A stretch of 64,000 bases of DNA from the NCBI GenBank assembly GCA_963728405.1, contig CAVSJV010000002.1, positions 160,001 through 224,000 of the forward strand. The letters run 5' to 3'. Below the pieces are notes generated by a model. The model saw only the letters and a program-made list of their open reading frames with translations. It ran no database searches and was not told where the DNA came from. Of the stretch, positions 23,888 through 34,747 are shown in pieces. Numbering within the stretch: position 1 is the stretch's first letter; each line of letters starts with the position of its first letter. This stretch comes from Methanomassiliicoccaceae archaeon (GTDB lineage: Archaea; Thermoplasmatota; Thermoplasmata; Methanomassiliicoccales; Methanomassiliicoccaceae). Position numbers and translations under genes: made by a program.

Positions 23888-26800
23888 AAGGTTACGTCCA
23901 CTTCCTTCTCCAGCAGATTCAGTTCGTGGGGGTCCAGGGTCGATGGGTTCATCGCCAGCAGGAGGATGGAGTGGTTTATGGCCACCTGGTCCCGCAAGGA
24001 TTGGATGAATCTGAGCACCGTCAGGAAATTGTTGTTGGTGATCAGATACTCCAGCCCATCTAGCAGGATCACCCCGCCCTGGTTAGATAGGAACTGTTCC
24101 AGTGAGAAGCTGAGCTTCTCCAGGTCCTTGGGCCGAAGAGAATTCTCCTTGCCGATGTTGGACAGCCAAACGATGGGTGTGTCTCCTAGGTTGAACTTCG
24201 AACGTATCTTGAGCGGATAGTCCCTAGTGATGCAGTAGCCTTTCATTCCCTTGCCCAGGGCTTCCACGAACATCGCATAGGACCGATCGCTCTTGTCCTC
24301 CTTTATGAGGTAGGTGAACGAGGGTTCCAGAGCCGAGGCCTTTTTCCCGCCCTTGATAAGTTCTTCCGCTCCCTCGCCTTCTTCATCGGACCGCTCCTCC
24401 ACGACTGGCTTATTACAGGCGGGGCAGGTGGTCTCATAGGGCTGCACTTGCCTCTTGCAGTAGCGGCATTCTGTGACCCTGGTGAACCCGCCCGCAGCGG
24501 CATAGTCCATTATCTCCTGTACGGTCTTGGCGCTAAGCCCCTTCACTGCCCTGAGGTCTTCCTTGGACGCCTTGGTGAGCTTGTCGACGCTGCTGTAACC
24601 GGCGTCGTAGACCATCTCGGCCTTGAGATCGTTCATGCGGGGGACCCGTTTGAGATAAGCGAACATCCGCTCCTTGTCCACCGCCTCGGCCTCATCCTTC
24701 ATCTGGGCGGTCTGCTCCTCCTTGACCGGAGCTTCTTGACGAACAAGATAGTGAACGATGTTGCGGGCGTCCGCTCTGGTCAGCCCAGGCACCTCGGAAA
24801 GAATGTTCTCGTCCATTCCCTTGAGGTCATCTATAGTGTGCCTTCCGGACTTGACCAGCGCGAGGGCAGCATCCATGGTGATGCCTGGAATCTTGGTGAA
24901 GTTCTTGACCCCCTCTTTCATGTGGAGGGAGGAGACGGCGATATCGACCTTGTGCTTCTCGACCTCCCAGTTAGCGACGTGCTCGCCCTTGGGTTCATTG
25001 GTGAACTCCATCTGAAGGGCCCTGGTCTCCTTCATTATGTGCTCCTTCCAGGTCTTGAAGTACTCTTCCAGGGTGCTGGGGGCCTTGACCTCTACTCTTA
25101 CGAACTCCTCAACTTCTAGCTTCATGTCCTTCCGCATCTGCTGGATGCGGCGGATGATCTCTCGAGTATAGCCTTCCGCTTCGATCTCCTCAGTCATGTT
25201 AAAGTCGATATAGAGATCTCCGCCAGCGAACTTCACACCGACCACATGTTCTCTGGTAGGGTAGTGGTGAAGGAGACCATGTTGGGCTCGATTCGGACGA
25301 TCTGGCCTTCGATCCCCAGCGAGTACTCGCCCCGCTCGATCGCTTCCTTGATGTCCTGCGCCGGCCGGTTCTTGAGCATGACTGCGATCTTGGATGACCA
25401 CTGCCGGTATACCTTGCCAATAGCATGGGGGTTCGGTATGAACGTCCAGTATGAGGTCGCTCCAGTCCTGATCAGTCGGGACGTACTCCACGGATTTGAC
25501 GTTGGCCTGGGACAGGAGCACCTCCTCCATGGGTCTCAGGATATCAAGGATCTCCTTGGAATCGGCCCTTATGATGATCCTCTTGAGGGGCCAACGAAGC
25601 TTGACGTTCTTCTTCTGCCTCTCCTTGGTGATCTCTTCGACCAGTTCCTGCATGGTCTTCATGGACGCTTCCAGGCGATCGTCCACCAGGGTAAGGTCGG
25701 GATTGGGCCAGTCGGTCATATGGACCGAGCCCTTGCTGCCATCAAGGGCCTGATAGATCTCCTCAGTGATATGAGGGCAGAATGGCGCCAGAAGCTTGAT
25801 CGTCGTCATCAGGGCATCGTGCAAGGTGACATAGGCAGCGATCTTGTCCATGTCGGTGGACTCGTTCCACATACGATCACGGTATCAGTCTCACGTACCA
25901 CCGGGACATATCCTCCAGGATGAACTCCTCGAGGGCGCGGCAGGCCTTGTGGAGCTCGAAGGAGTTCATGTTGCGGGTGACCTCGGTCTTGAGCTTCTCG
26001 GTACGGGATACCAGCCAGCGGTCCTCAGGTCTTAATGCGGCCCGCACACCGTTCATGTCGACCGCGGCGGGATCGAACTTATCGATGGACATGTAGGTGG
26101 AGGCAAAGTTGGCCACGTTCCATAGGATGTTCAGAGTCTTCCTGGCGTTCTTGACCCCCTCGTGCTGGAATGCAATGTCCTCCCATGGGGCGGAAACGCG
26201 AAGGAAATAGAATCTCAAGGCATCGGCACCATATTCGGCTATGACCTTGCCCGGTTCGATGACGTTGCCCTTGCTCTTGGACATCGGTTGGCCGCTGGGA
26301 TCCAGCATCCAGCCGTGCATGAGCACGCTCTCATAGGGTGCTCGCCCGAAAGAGACACAGGAGGAGCCGAGCTGGGAATAGAACCAGCCCCTGGTCTGAT
26401 CATGCGCCTCGGTAATGAACTTGGCTGGCCACCAGCGTTCGAACTCCGAACGGTTGCGTGGGAATCCCAGCTGGGCCCAGGAAGCCACTCCCGCGTCGAA
26501 CCAGACGTCCAGGACATCGGCGACCCGCTTCATTTTGCCCCCGCACTTATCGCACTTCAACATGACGCCGTCGATCCAGGGGCGGTGGAGCTCCATGTCC
26601 TTACGGTAGCCTTCCGCGCCCTCCAGCTCGTCGGTCGAGCCGACGACCCTCATCTGGCCGCAGCGACACTTCCAAACCGGAAGCGGAATGCCCCAATAGC
26701 GTTGCCGAGAGATGCACCAATCCCGGGCGTTCATCGTCCAGTCATATTCACGGGAGGAACCGGCCCATTCGGGGCTCCAGCGGACCTTAGCGATCTCGTC

Positions 26801-28084
26801 GAGCATGAGGTCCTTGACCTGGGTGATCTTGAGGTACCACTGTGAGGTGTTCCGGAACAGGATGCCGGAATTGCATCTCCAGCAGTGGCCGTAGCGGTGC
26901 TCGATGGTCCCCGCATGGAACATCAGCCCCTTCTCCTTAAGGTCCTCGATGATCTGGGGGTTCGCTTTCTTGACGTGCATCCCTGCATAACGGGCACCGA
27001 CGTCCTTGGTGAACTTGCCCCCCTCATCCACCGGGCAGTACGGCTCGATGCCGAATTCCCTGCCAAGTTCGAAGTCCTCAGGGCCATGGCCAGGCGCGAT
27101 GTGGACCAGTCCGGTCATGTCCGCTTCGACCGTCTTGGAGGGGATCACCTTGTGGACCCATTTGCCCTCCATCTTGCGCTGGGAATCGACCTCCGCCTCC
27201 AACGGCGGTACATACTCCTTGCCCACGAGGTCATCGCCTTCGATGTGCTCAAGTATGTCGTACTCCTGCCAGCCCTCCAGCTGGCCGATCTGGTCGATCA
27301 GCGATTCCAAGATGATGACCGTATCCGATACGCCGTCCTTGTGATAGCGGACCTTGGCATAGCGATAGTCAGGGTGGGCGGCCACCGCCATGTTCGCCGG
27401 CAGCGTCCAGGGGGTGGTGGTCCAGATAAGGAGGGAAACGCCGGTCTCCCCCCGCAGGGGGAACTTGACGTAGATGGAAGGGTCCTTCACATCAGAATAT
27501 TCGATCTCCGCCTCGGCCAGGGCGGTCTCGCAACGGGGGCACCATGAGATGACCCGGCTGGCGGATGTTAGCAGCCCTTTATCATTGGCCCGCTTCAGCG
27601 TCCACCAGGCTGCCTCTATGTAGGAGGGGGCGATGGTCATGTAGGGCTTTTCCCAGTCCATCCACACGCCCAGCTCCTTGAACTGCTCGGTCATCTTGCT
27701 CTGGAACCCCAGCGCATATTCCTTACAGGTGGAGACGAACTTATCGATGCCATAAGCCTCGATGTCCTTCTTGCTCTTGACCCCAATGGCCTGTTCGACC
27801 TTTACCTCGATTGGCAGGCCGTGCATGTCATAGCCGGGCTGGTCCCGGACATTATACTTCTGCATCCGCTTGAACCGGACCACCGAATCCTTGATGGTCT
27901 TGTTCCAGGCGGTGCCCAGGTGAATGTAACCGGTAGTGTACGGAGGTCCGTCCACGAAGTAATAGTCCGCTCCGTTGGCGCGCAGCTCCTTAGTCTTCTT
28001 GTAAGCATTGGTCTCGTTCCAGAACTTCTGGACCCGCTTCTCCAGCTCAGGAGCGTTATAATTAGCATGAACCTGCTTTATCAT
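23884..28084 (-). CDS. ileS: Isoleucyl-tRNA synthetase (archaeal type) with C-terminal HhH-HhH-Zn ribbon-DUF835 extension; frameshifts ~25880, ~25440, ~25250
   Basis: DGPPYTTGYIHLGT, GYDMHGLPIE, WTTTPWTLP, GLVHIAPGHGPED, DWCISRQRYWG, PMSKSKGN, EGYTREIIRRIQQMRK. Confidence 0.95.
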
Positions 28085-28186
28085 CGCAGTCCCTTTCTGT
28101 TCAGGGTAATAAGCTGACCCTTTAAAATGATGGCGGTCCGTTCGGGGATGCTGGATTGCTATACGTTCTAGGGGCAGATGGTGGTC

Positions 28187-29230
28187 CTAGCCCCACATGT
28201 CGAGACTCAATTGGGACTTGGGCATGACCTCGGCCTTCTTGGCCGGCCGCTTCTTCTCTAGTCGGTCGAGCGCAGCGGTAACCCGAGCCTCCGAAAATTC
28301 ATGCTCATTGCACATGAACTCCACGATCTTGTCCCTCTGGGCCGGCCTCCATTCGAGTTTGTAGTCATCGAGATGCTCGACACGGAGGAATATCTCTTTG
28401 ATCACCTCGCGGTCCGGTATGCTCTCGTTGATCGCTTCGAGCGCCCGATCCAGCGTGCCCTTCTCCTTGATCAGTTTTAACCCTTTCTTGGGCCCTATGC
28501 CTCTGATGCCTGGATTGTAATCAGTTCCCATGAGCATGCACAGGTCGATCAATTGCTCCCTACTCTCCAGGCCATTGGCCTCCAGGACCTTGAGCAGTTC
28601 TACCACCTCGATGTGGACGTCTCGATACTCCTTGCTCCCGGGCATCTTCCTCCGCCCGGTGATGTTCAGGTTACGCACCAGCCGAGGTGCGCCGAACAAC
28701 AAGGCATCGTAATCTTGGGAGGAGGCCGCCCAGACCGCACCCTGCTGGGCCATATAGGCGGCCTGGGCTTCGCCTTCTTCGGGTGCCTGGACGACCGGTA
28801 TCCCGAGATAGGTCAGCAGGATCCGGGACGATTCGACGATCTCATTGTTGATCCGTGAGGATTGGGTCGCCTTGCTCCTAGCCCTCTCGACATCCCCATC
28901 GCTCACCGCCTCTTTCCAATCTTCATGGGCTTTGGCCCTTCTCTCCGATCGCTCGGCCAGGGTATGGGCTTTCATAACATGGGGATGCCCATCAAAAACG
29001 TAGGCTGGACGGATATTTGCCTCTAGCAGGTTGATATTACGGTAAAGCAGGCCGGTCAAGTGGGAGGTGACCCTGCCCCGGGAGTCTTTCAGCGGGGTCC
29101 CGTCAGGTCCTCTGATGATGGATAGGAACTGATAGATGGCATTATAGGCGTCGATGGCCAAGGTCTGGCCCGACAGGTCCTCGAGTTCCCTCCGCTCCAC
29201 CGGCACGATGTCCGAAAGATTGACTCCCAT
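28187..29230 (-). CDS. fen: Flap endonuclease 1
   Basis: MGVNL, AIDAYNAIYQFL, EGEAQAA, SQDYDALLFGAP, GTDYNPGIRGIGPK, PIP-like QLSLDMW. Confidence 0.95.
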   Translation of the reverse strand: MGVNLSDIVPVERRELEDLSGQTLAIDAYNAIYQFLSIIRGPDGTPLKDSRGRVTSHLTGLLYRNINLLEANIRPAYVFDGHPHVMKAHTLAERSERRAKAHEDWKEAVSDGDVERARSKATQSSRINNEIVESSRILLTYLGIPVVQAPEEGEAQAAYMAQQGAVWAASSQDYDALLFGAPRLVRNLNITGRRKMPGSKEYRDVHIEVVELLKVLEANGLESREQLIDLCMLMGTDYNPGIRGIGPKKGLKLIKEKGTLDRALEAINESIPDREVIKEIFLRVEHLDDYKLEWRPAQRDKIVEFMCNEHEFSEARVTAALDRLEKKRPAKKAEVMPKSQLSLDMWG

Positions 29231-29356
29231 GACGGTACAAAAGAACGCTGGGCACTGATATAACATTAACTGGACGGGGTGGTGACGAACCGGCTCTCAT
29301 CGCCATGTTGACGACGGTCCGGAATGGGACCCTCTGATCGAGAGCGGCCTTCCGAC

Positions 29357-29533
29357 CTAATCCTTGACCGTTGGTATGTAGAAGAACATCAAGGCCACCC
29401 CGATCCATACTAGCAGACCCAGGATGTAGGGAATACCGGCGTGAAGGGTCGTGGCTACGACTAGCAGCAGTAACGGCAATACGATGGAGATGAGCAGAAT
29501 GAACCATCTTGAGCCGGTAAAGTCGAAATTCAT
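29357..29533 (-). CDS. Small two-TM membrane protein (58 aa, below the ORF-track cutoff)
   Basis: ATG..TAG, MNFDFTGSRWFILLISIVLPLLLLVVATTLHAGIPYILGLLVWIGVALMFFYIPTVKD; fills the rpe-fen gap on the same strand. Confidence 0.65.
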   Translation of the reverse strand: MNFDFTGSRWFILLISIVLPLLLLVVATTLHAGIPYILGLLVWIGVALMFFYIPTVKD

Positions 29534-29590
29534 AGGACCGAAGGAGCATGCTACGGGTCATTTATGAATGTTTGCTGAACTTTGGGGGCT

Positions 29591-30256
29591 TCATTCACTG
29601 AGTGGATAGGTAAAATCTCTCCATTTGCTCATCTCTTTGCCCATGTTCCCACACTTGAAAAGGGAGCTTCCCGCCGCGAGGACCGTGGCACCCGCTTCTA
29701 CACAAATGCGCCCCGTATCGCAGTCGATGCCGCCGTCGACCTCGATCTCCGCGCAGCTGCCGTGGACGTCGAAGAACGCTTTAGCCCGGGAGATCTTGGG
29801 CACGCAATCAGCTATGAACGATTGTCCGCCGAAACCGGGGTGAACGGTCATGATCAGCAACAGATCGATCTTAGGAAGGAAGGGCAGCACCGTCTCGAAC
29901 GGGGTCTCTGGGTTCAGGGAGAGACCGGCCTTCTTGCCCAGGGCATGGATACGCTCGATGGTGGCCATGATGTCCTCGCAGGCCTCCACATGCAGAGTAA
30001 TGATGTCCGCTCCGGCCTTAGCAAAATTTTCTATGTATCTCTCTGGCTTGGTGATCATCAGGTGGACATCGAATGGCAGCTTAGTATGGGGCCGAAGGCT
30101 CTGGATGACCCCTGGACCGATGGTGATGTTGGGCACGAACACGCCGTCCATGACATCGACATGCACCCAGTCCGCGCCTTCGCGCTCCAGCCTCTGTACT
30201 TCCTCACCCAGGCGGCTGAAGTCCGCCGACAGGATGGAGGGCGCTATCTTGACCAT
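29591..30256 (-). CDS. rpe: Ribulose-phosphate 3-epimerase
   Basis: IAPSILSADF, HVDVMDGVFVPNIT, DVHLM, MTVHPGFGGQ, EVDGGI. Confidence 0.95.
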   Translation of the reverse strand: MVKIAPSILSADFSRLGEEVQRLEREGADWVHVDVMDGVFVPNITIGPGVIQSLRPHTKLPFDVHLMITKPERYIENFAKAGADIITLHVEACEDIMATIERIHALGKKAGLSLNPETPFETVLPFLPKIDLLLIMTVHPGFGGQSFIADCVPKISRAKAFFDVHGSCAEIEVDGGIDCDTGRICVEAGATVLAAGSSLFKCGNMGKEMSKWRDFTYPLSE

Positions 30257-30438
30257 GAGGGCGATGAAGCCGGTGCTTGATATTAAGGGTTCTGCGAAAT
30301 ATAATGGCCTTTTCGAATTGGTCGCCTTCTCAAACGATGAGGGTTATAAAATACAATAATCGTAGATCATGCAATCTAGGTTACGATTTCTCGTTAGAAA
30401 TATATAATGGCGTTTAACCAGTCGATATACGTGGAATC

Positions 30439-31143
30439 ATGAAGACCGCCAATAAAATAATCGCAGAAGGAGTGGGGACCTTCATACTGGTATTGGGGGG
30501 AGTCGGCAGCGCCGTTCTCGCAGGGCCAGATCTTGGCAATCTGGGCATTGCCGCAGCTTTCGGTCTAGCTCTTTTAGCCATGGTCTTCGCCATCGGTTAC
30601 ATCTCTGGGTGTCACATCAATCCAGCCGTTACAGTGGGAGTGGCGGTAGCTAGAAAGATGCCTGTAAGAGACATCGTTGGTTATCTCGCAGCCCAGTTCA
30701 TTGGTGCAACTATCGCTGCTGGGGTGGTACTTCTCATCGCCCAAGGTGCTCCTGGAGGCTACGATGTCTCCCAAGGCTTGGCCGCTAATGGGTACGGTGA
30801 GCACTCTCCCGGAGGATATGATATTTTTGTCGCCGCAGTGACAGAGATCGTGATAGCGTTTATCTTCGTCTTCACAGTGTTGGCCGTGACGGACCGATTG
30901 GCCCCAAAAGATCTAGCCGGGGTACCCATCGGTCTGACCCTGGCCCTTGTACATCTCATTGCAATACCGGTCACTAACTGTTCGGTCAACCCTGCCAGAA
31001 GCTTTGGACCCGCCATTTTTGTCGGGAGCTGGGCCCTTGATCAACTATGGCTTTTCCTCGTCATGCCCATCATTGGGGCGTTGATAGCCGCTGGCACTTA
31101 TCGTTTAATGGGAGGGATGCCAGCGAGGAAGGAAGTGGTGTGA
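30439..31143 (+). CDS. aqpZ: Aquaporin Z
   Basis: SGCHINPAVT, SVNPARS, AqpZ loop GLAANGYGEHSPGGY. Confidence 0.92.
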   Translation: MKTANKIIAEGVGTFILVLGGVGSAVLAGPDLGNLGIAAAFGLALLAMVFAIGYISGCHINPAVTVGVAVARKMPVRDIVGYLAAQFIGATIAAGVVLLIAQGAPGGYDVSQGLAANGYGEHSPGGYDIFVAAVTEIVIAFIFVFTVLAVTDRLAPKDLAGVPIGLTLALVHLIAIPVTNCSVNPARSFGPAIFVGSWALDQLWLFLVMPIIGALIAAGTYRLMGGMPARKEVV

Positions 31144-31472
31144 TCGGAATATCGAGATGGCAGGTCCGCTCTGTCCCGGTACAGATAGGAGGGGATGGGG
31201 TGCCCCATCTTCTCATATTCTATTGCTGGAAAGTGATTGGGCGCCACAACAACCTATTTTCGCCTATTTTCAACGCCTCGACGTCTTTCTGAGGACAATA
31301 GAAATAATGTCTATCCCCGGGCGGGAGCGGGATCGCCTATCATTCCGATCATAGATGAAATGTCAACGGACCGATCTTTGGCCTGAGATTGATGCTCGAG
31401 GCCCCTCGAACACCTGATCCTCTTAACGGGGCAGGGAAAATCTTTTATCGGGGAGTGAGAGTTCCCACCCTC

Positions 31473-31667
31473 ATGGCAGAGGATAAGTGCGGAGTTGCTG
31501 GTTGCAGCGAGACCGCCGTTAAATCCTATTCTCGGGAAGCGTGTGAGAAAGCAGGCCTGAAGCCCGCCGATGAAAATGCGCGCCGAATGCACCTATGTAA
31601 GGAACACAACAAGCAGTTCAAGAAGGCTACCAAGAGCGATCGGACCCTGGAGCAATTGGGCAGGTGA
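31473..31667 (+). CDS. Small Zn-finger-like protein (C-x4-C ... C-x2-H)
   Basis: KCGVAGC..HLCKEHNKQFKKATK; TATA-like TTTTAT about 30 nt upstream. Confidence 0.7.
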   Translation: MAEDKCGVAGCSETAVKSYSREACEKAGLKPADENARRMHLCKEHNKQFKKATKSDRTLEQLGR

Positions 31668-31908
31668 GACCAGCTATATCGACTGTATCCGTTGGTCCTG
31701 ATGGGCACCCCGTAGATGACCATCTTCGACTCGATTTTTTAACCTTTTCCATGTCCGTTAAGATAAACTGGGTCCATGAGGCTGGCGGAACGAATGTTGT
31801 GTGTGGGGGTTAGACGCCCTTCATCCGACTCAGCCTCAGGGATATTGAGGAAAATGGGTAAAACGGTCCAGCGTAATTATTAATCGCCAAGGTTACCATG
31901 ACCGGGGC

Positions 31909-32817
31909 ATGAAATTGACCTTCCTAGGAACGGGCGGAGGGATGCCCTCCCCCGATCGAGGGGTGAGCGCCGTCGCCCTGCAGATCGGAAAGGAGGTCCT
32001 TCTCTTCGATTGCGGGGAGGGTACTCAGCGCCAGTTCATGCGCTCCCCCGTGTCGTTCATGAAGGTATCTCACATCTTCATCTCCCATTTCCATGGAGAC
32101 CACTTCCTGGGCCTCCCAGGCCTGATACAATCGATGAACTTCTCTGGTAGGGAGGCGGAGCTCCATGTGTTCGGACCGGAAGGTATGATCGAACTTACTA
32201 AAACCATCCTCTCATTGGGCTACTTCCAGCCCTCCTTTAAGATCTTCGCTGGCGAGCTGAATGACGGGGACCAGGTGGACCTCGGTAGCTACACCGTAAC
32301 CGCCCTGGCTGGCGAGCATTCGGTGCCTGCTCTCTCCTTCGTGGTGGAGGAAAAACCTCGCCAGGGCCGGTTCCTTGTCGAACGGGCCATAGGGCTAGGC
32401 GTTCCGCCCGGTCCGTTGTTCAGCCAGCTACAGTCCGGTATGGAGGTACGGATCGGGGACCGGGTCATCGAGCCAGAAATGGTCATGGGTCCGTCTCGGC
32501 CGGGCCGCAAGGTAGTGATATCGGGCGATACCCGCCCGACCGCCCGGCTGACCATGGCGGCCAGGGGGGCCGATGTTCTGGTGCACGAGGCCACCCTGGA
32601 CTCATCCCTTCAGGAGGGTGCCCGGGACTATGGGCACTCCACCGCCAAAGAGGCCGCGGAAGTGGCCAAGGAGGCTGATGTCGACCTCCTGGTCCTCACT
32701 CATATCTCCAACCGCTACGAGGATACTTCCGTCCTGGAGAACGAGGCCAAGGCGATATTCCCCCCGACGATGACCGCGGTCGATATGATGGTCGTCCCGG
32801 TCAAGCTGAAGAACTAA
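31909..32817 (+). CDS. rnz: Ribonuclease Z
   Basis: FLGTGG, FDCGEGTQRQ, SHFHGDH, GVPPGP arm, SGDTRP, HEAT, GHST, THISNRY. Confidence 0.95.
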   Translation: MKLTFLGTGGGMPSPDRGVSAVALQIGKEVLLFDCGEGTQRQFMRSPVSFMKVSHIFISHFHGDHFLGLPGLIQSMNFSGREAELHVFGPEGMIELTKTILSLGYFQPSFKIFAGELNDGDQVDLGSYTVTALAGEHSVPALSFVVEEKPRQGRFLVERAIGLGVPPGPLFSQLQSGMEVRIGDRVIEPEMVMGPSRPGRKVVISGDTRPTARLTMAARGADVLVHEATLDSSLQEGARDYGHSTAKEAAEVAKEADVDLLVLTHISNRYEDTSVLENEAKAIFPPTMTAVDMMVVPVKLKN

Positions 32818-32864
32818 CAGGGGTCGCAAGGGTTTATGGCCCCCCTCTACCAATTTTCATATGA

Positions 32865-34160
32865 GTGAAGATGGACGGAAGGAACATCGTTGTAGATCGT
32901 CTCTCATCGGAACCCGTATCAAAAGGACGGACCGAGCTGGTGGAGAGAAAAGGGATCGGTCACCCCGATAGCATCGCCGATGGAGTGGCCGAGGCAGTGT
33001 CCAGGGAGCTTTCCAAGAGGTACATGGCCGAATGCGGCGGGGAGATCCTTCATCACAATGTGGACCAGGACGAAGTTTCTGGTGGTCAGTCCCGACCACG
33101 ATTCGGAGGCGGTGAGCTGCTAGAGCCTCCCTACATCTTACTTTTGGGAAGGGCTGTGGACGAGGCCACATTCCTGGACGGCCACCGGGTCAAGTTCCCG
33201 GTCCGGCAGACGGCGGTCCAGGCGGCCAAAGATTACCTATATCGCCAATTCCACGACCCCGAGCTCGTCAGGGATAGCGGCGTGGACATTGCCAACAGCA
33301 TCATCGTGGATTGCCGGATAGGCCGGGGTAGTCAGGACCTGCTGCGTAATTACCTAAAGGCCGAGGCGTCCTGTCAAGGGGGCGGGGAGCGCTCCTGCCG
33401 ACCGGCCAATGACACCTCGTTCGGAGTGGGGTTCGCACCCTTGACCGAAACTGAGCGTCTGGTTCTGAATATCGAGAGGTACATGAACGATGAGATGAGG
33501 ACGCGGGACGGCATCACGGCTGCTGGGAGGGACATCAAGGTGATGGCCGCCCGGCACGGTAACAAAGTGTCGCTGACCATCGCCTGCGCCATGATCGCAT
33601 CCCGGCTGTCCAGTGCGGCCGAATACCGCAACACCATAGCTCAGGTCCGATCGCTGGTGGTGGAGAAAGCGAAGGAGTATACCGAGCACGACGTGGAAGT
33701 GACAGTCAATCATGCCGACGACAATGGCAGTGAGGAGGCCAGTGATTACTATTTGACGGTGACCGGGCTGTCCGCAGAGAACGGCGACGACGGTTCGGTA
33801 GGCCGGGGAAATCGAGTCAACGGGCTTATTACGCCTCATCGGCCCATGAGCATGGAAGCGGCGGCCGGTAAAAATCCGGTCACTCATGTCGGGAAGCTCT
33901 ATAATGTCCTGGCCAATCGGATCGCGGAGAAGATAGCTCAGGAGGGAGGCGAGGAGATCAGTGAGGTTCGGGTGCGGTTGCTTTCCCAGATCGGAAGCCC
34001 GATCGATCATCCGGCGCTGGCCAGCGTGGAGATCTGTGCTGAAAGCGATTCGACGTACCGGCGATGGGAGGTCAAGGCCAGGGAAATAACGAATTTCGAA
34101 CTGGAGAAAATAGAGGACCTTACACAACAAATTGTTTATGGGCAAATCGCAGTATTCTGA
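32865..34160 (+). CDS. mat: Archaeal-type methionine adenosyltransferase
   Basis: ERKGIGHPDSIADG, HHNVD, ANDTSFGVGFAP, GDDGSVGRGNR, AGKNPVTHVGKLYN. Confidence 0.95.
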   Translation: MKMDGRNIVVDRLSSEPVSKGRTELVERKGIGHPDSIADGVAEAVSRELSKRYMAECGGEILHHNVDQDEVSGGQSRPRFGGGELLEPPYILLLGRAVDEATFLDGHRVKFPVRQTAVQAAKDYLYRQFHDPELVRDSGVDIANSIIVDCRIGRGSQDLLRNYLKAEASCQGGGERSCRPANDTSFGVGFAPLTETERLVLNIERYMNDEMRTRDGITAAGRDIKVMAARHGNKVSLTIACAMIASRLSSAAEYRNTIAQVRSLVVEKAKEYTEHDVEVTVNHADDNGSEEASDYYLTVTGLSAENGDDGSVGRGNRVNGLITPHRPMSMEAAAGKNPVTHVGKLYNVLANRIAEKIAQEGGEEISEVRVRLLSQIGSPIDHPALASVEICAESDSTYRRWEVKAREITNFELEKIEDLTQQIVYGQIAVF

Positions 34161-34162
34161 GC

Positions 34163-34747
34163 GTGAAGCTCATTGTTCGGCCTAAGTACGGGCCCTTGTT
34201 CCGCTTCAGTGATTACCACGTTTACAAGACACTGTCATTGCTATCGGATGGCCGTAGAAAGGGCCGCAAGCTGATGGCCGACCGTATCGGTGTGGGCGAG
34301 GGGAGCATGCGAACGATCATAGACCATCTTAGGGATGAGGGGCTGATCGATGTCAAGCAGACCGGCATCAAGATCAGTAAGAAGGGCCAGGACTTCATCA
34401 ACCGGCTCCCCCTCCAGGTCTATAAGCTGGAGATATCGGACATCACCTTGGGTCAGGAATCGGTAGCCGTGCAGATCAAAGGCGTCGCCTCCAAGATTAA
34501 GTCGGGAATGGAGCAGCGCGACCAGGCCATAAAGGCTGGCGCGGACGGAGCTACTACGATCATCGTCAAGGGTGATAGGCTGACCGTTCCGGTGGACTTT
34601 GATCTTGACAAAGATCGTCCCGAGATCGCCGATGCCATACGGCGTCTGTTCGACCTTTCCGACGGGGACATGGTCATCGTCGGTACTTCGGAGGACCTCC
34701 AGCGGGCCGAAGAAGGTGCTCTGGCGGCGGCCTTCGAACTTCTCTAG
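34163..34747 (+). CDS. wHTH transcription regulator (DUF4443/DUF2111-like)
   Basis: GRKLMADRIGVGEGSMRT HTH; GMEQRDQAIKAGADGATT; 2 nt after mat. Confidence 0.7.
   Translation: MKLIVRPKYGPLFRFSDYHVYKTLSLLSDGRRKGRKLMADRIGVGEGSMRTIIDHLRDEGLIDVKQTGIKISKKGQDFINRLPLQVYKLEISDITLGQESVAVQIKGVASKIKSGMEQRDQAIKAGADGATTIIVKGDRLTVPVDFDLDKDRPEIADAIRRLFDLSDGDMVIVGTSEDLQRAEEGALAAAFELL

Noticed and set aside
23888-24063. 180-nt antisense overlap of the Nudix ORF with ileS
   Set aside because: Removing one A from the homopolymer near 23872 ends the gene at TAG 23887; likely an indel error.
25245-25885. Programmed frameshifting or a split ileS
   Set aside because: No slippery sequences, and indels are scattered across unrelated genes; sequencing error is simpler.
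29271-29406. Long-range pairing GGACGGGGTGG / CCACCCCGATCC suggesting an ncRNA
   Set aside because: The 3' arm lies inside the 58-aa membrane ORF; no SRP or RNase P motifs.
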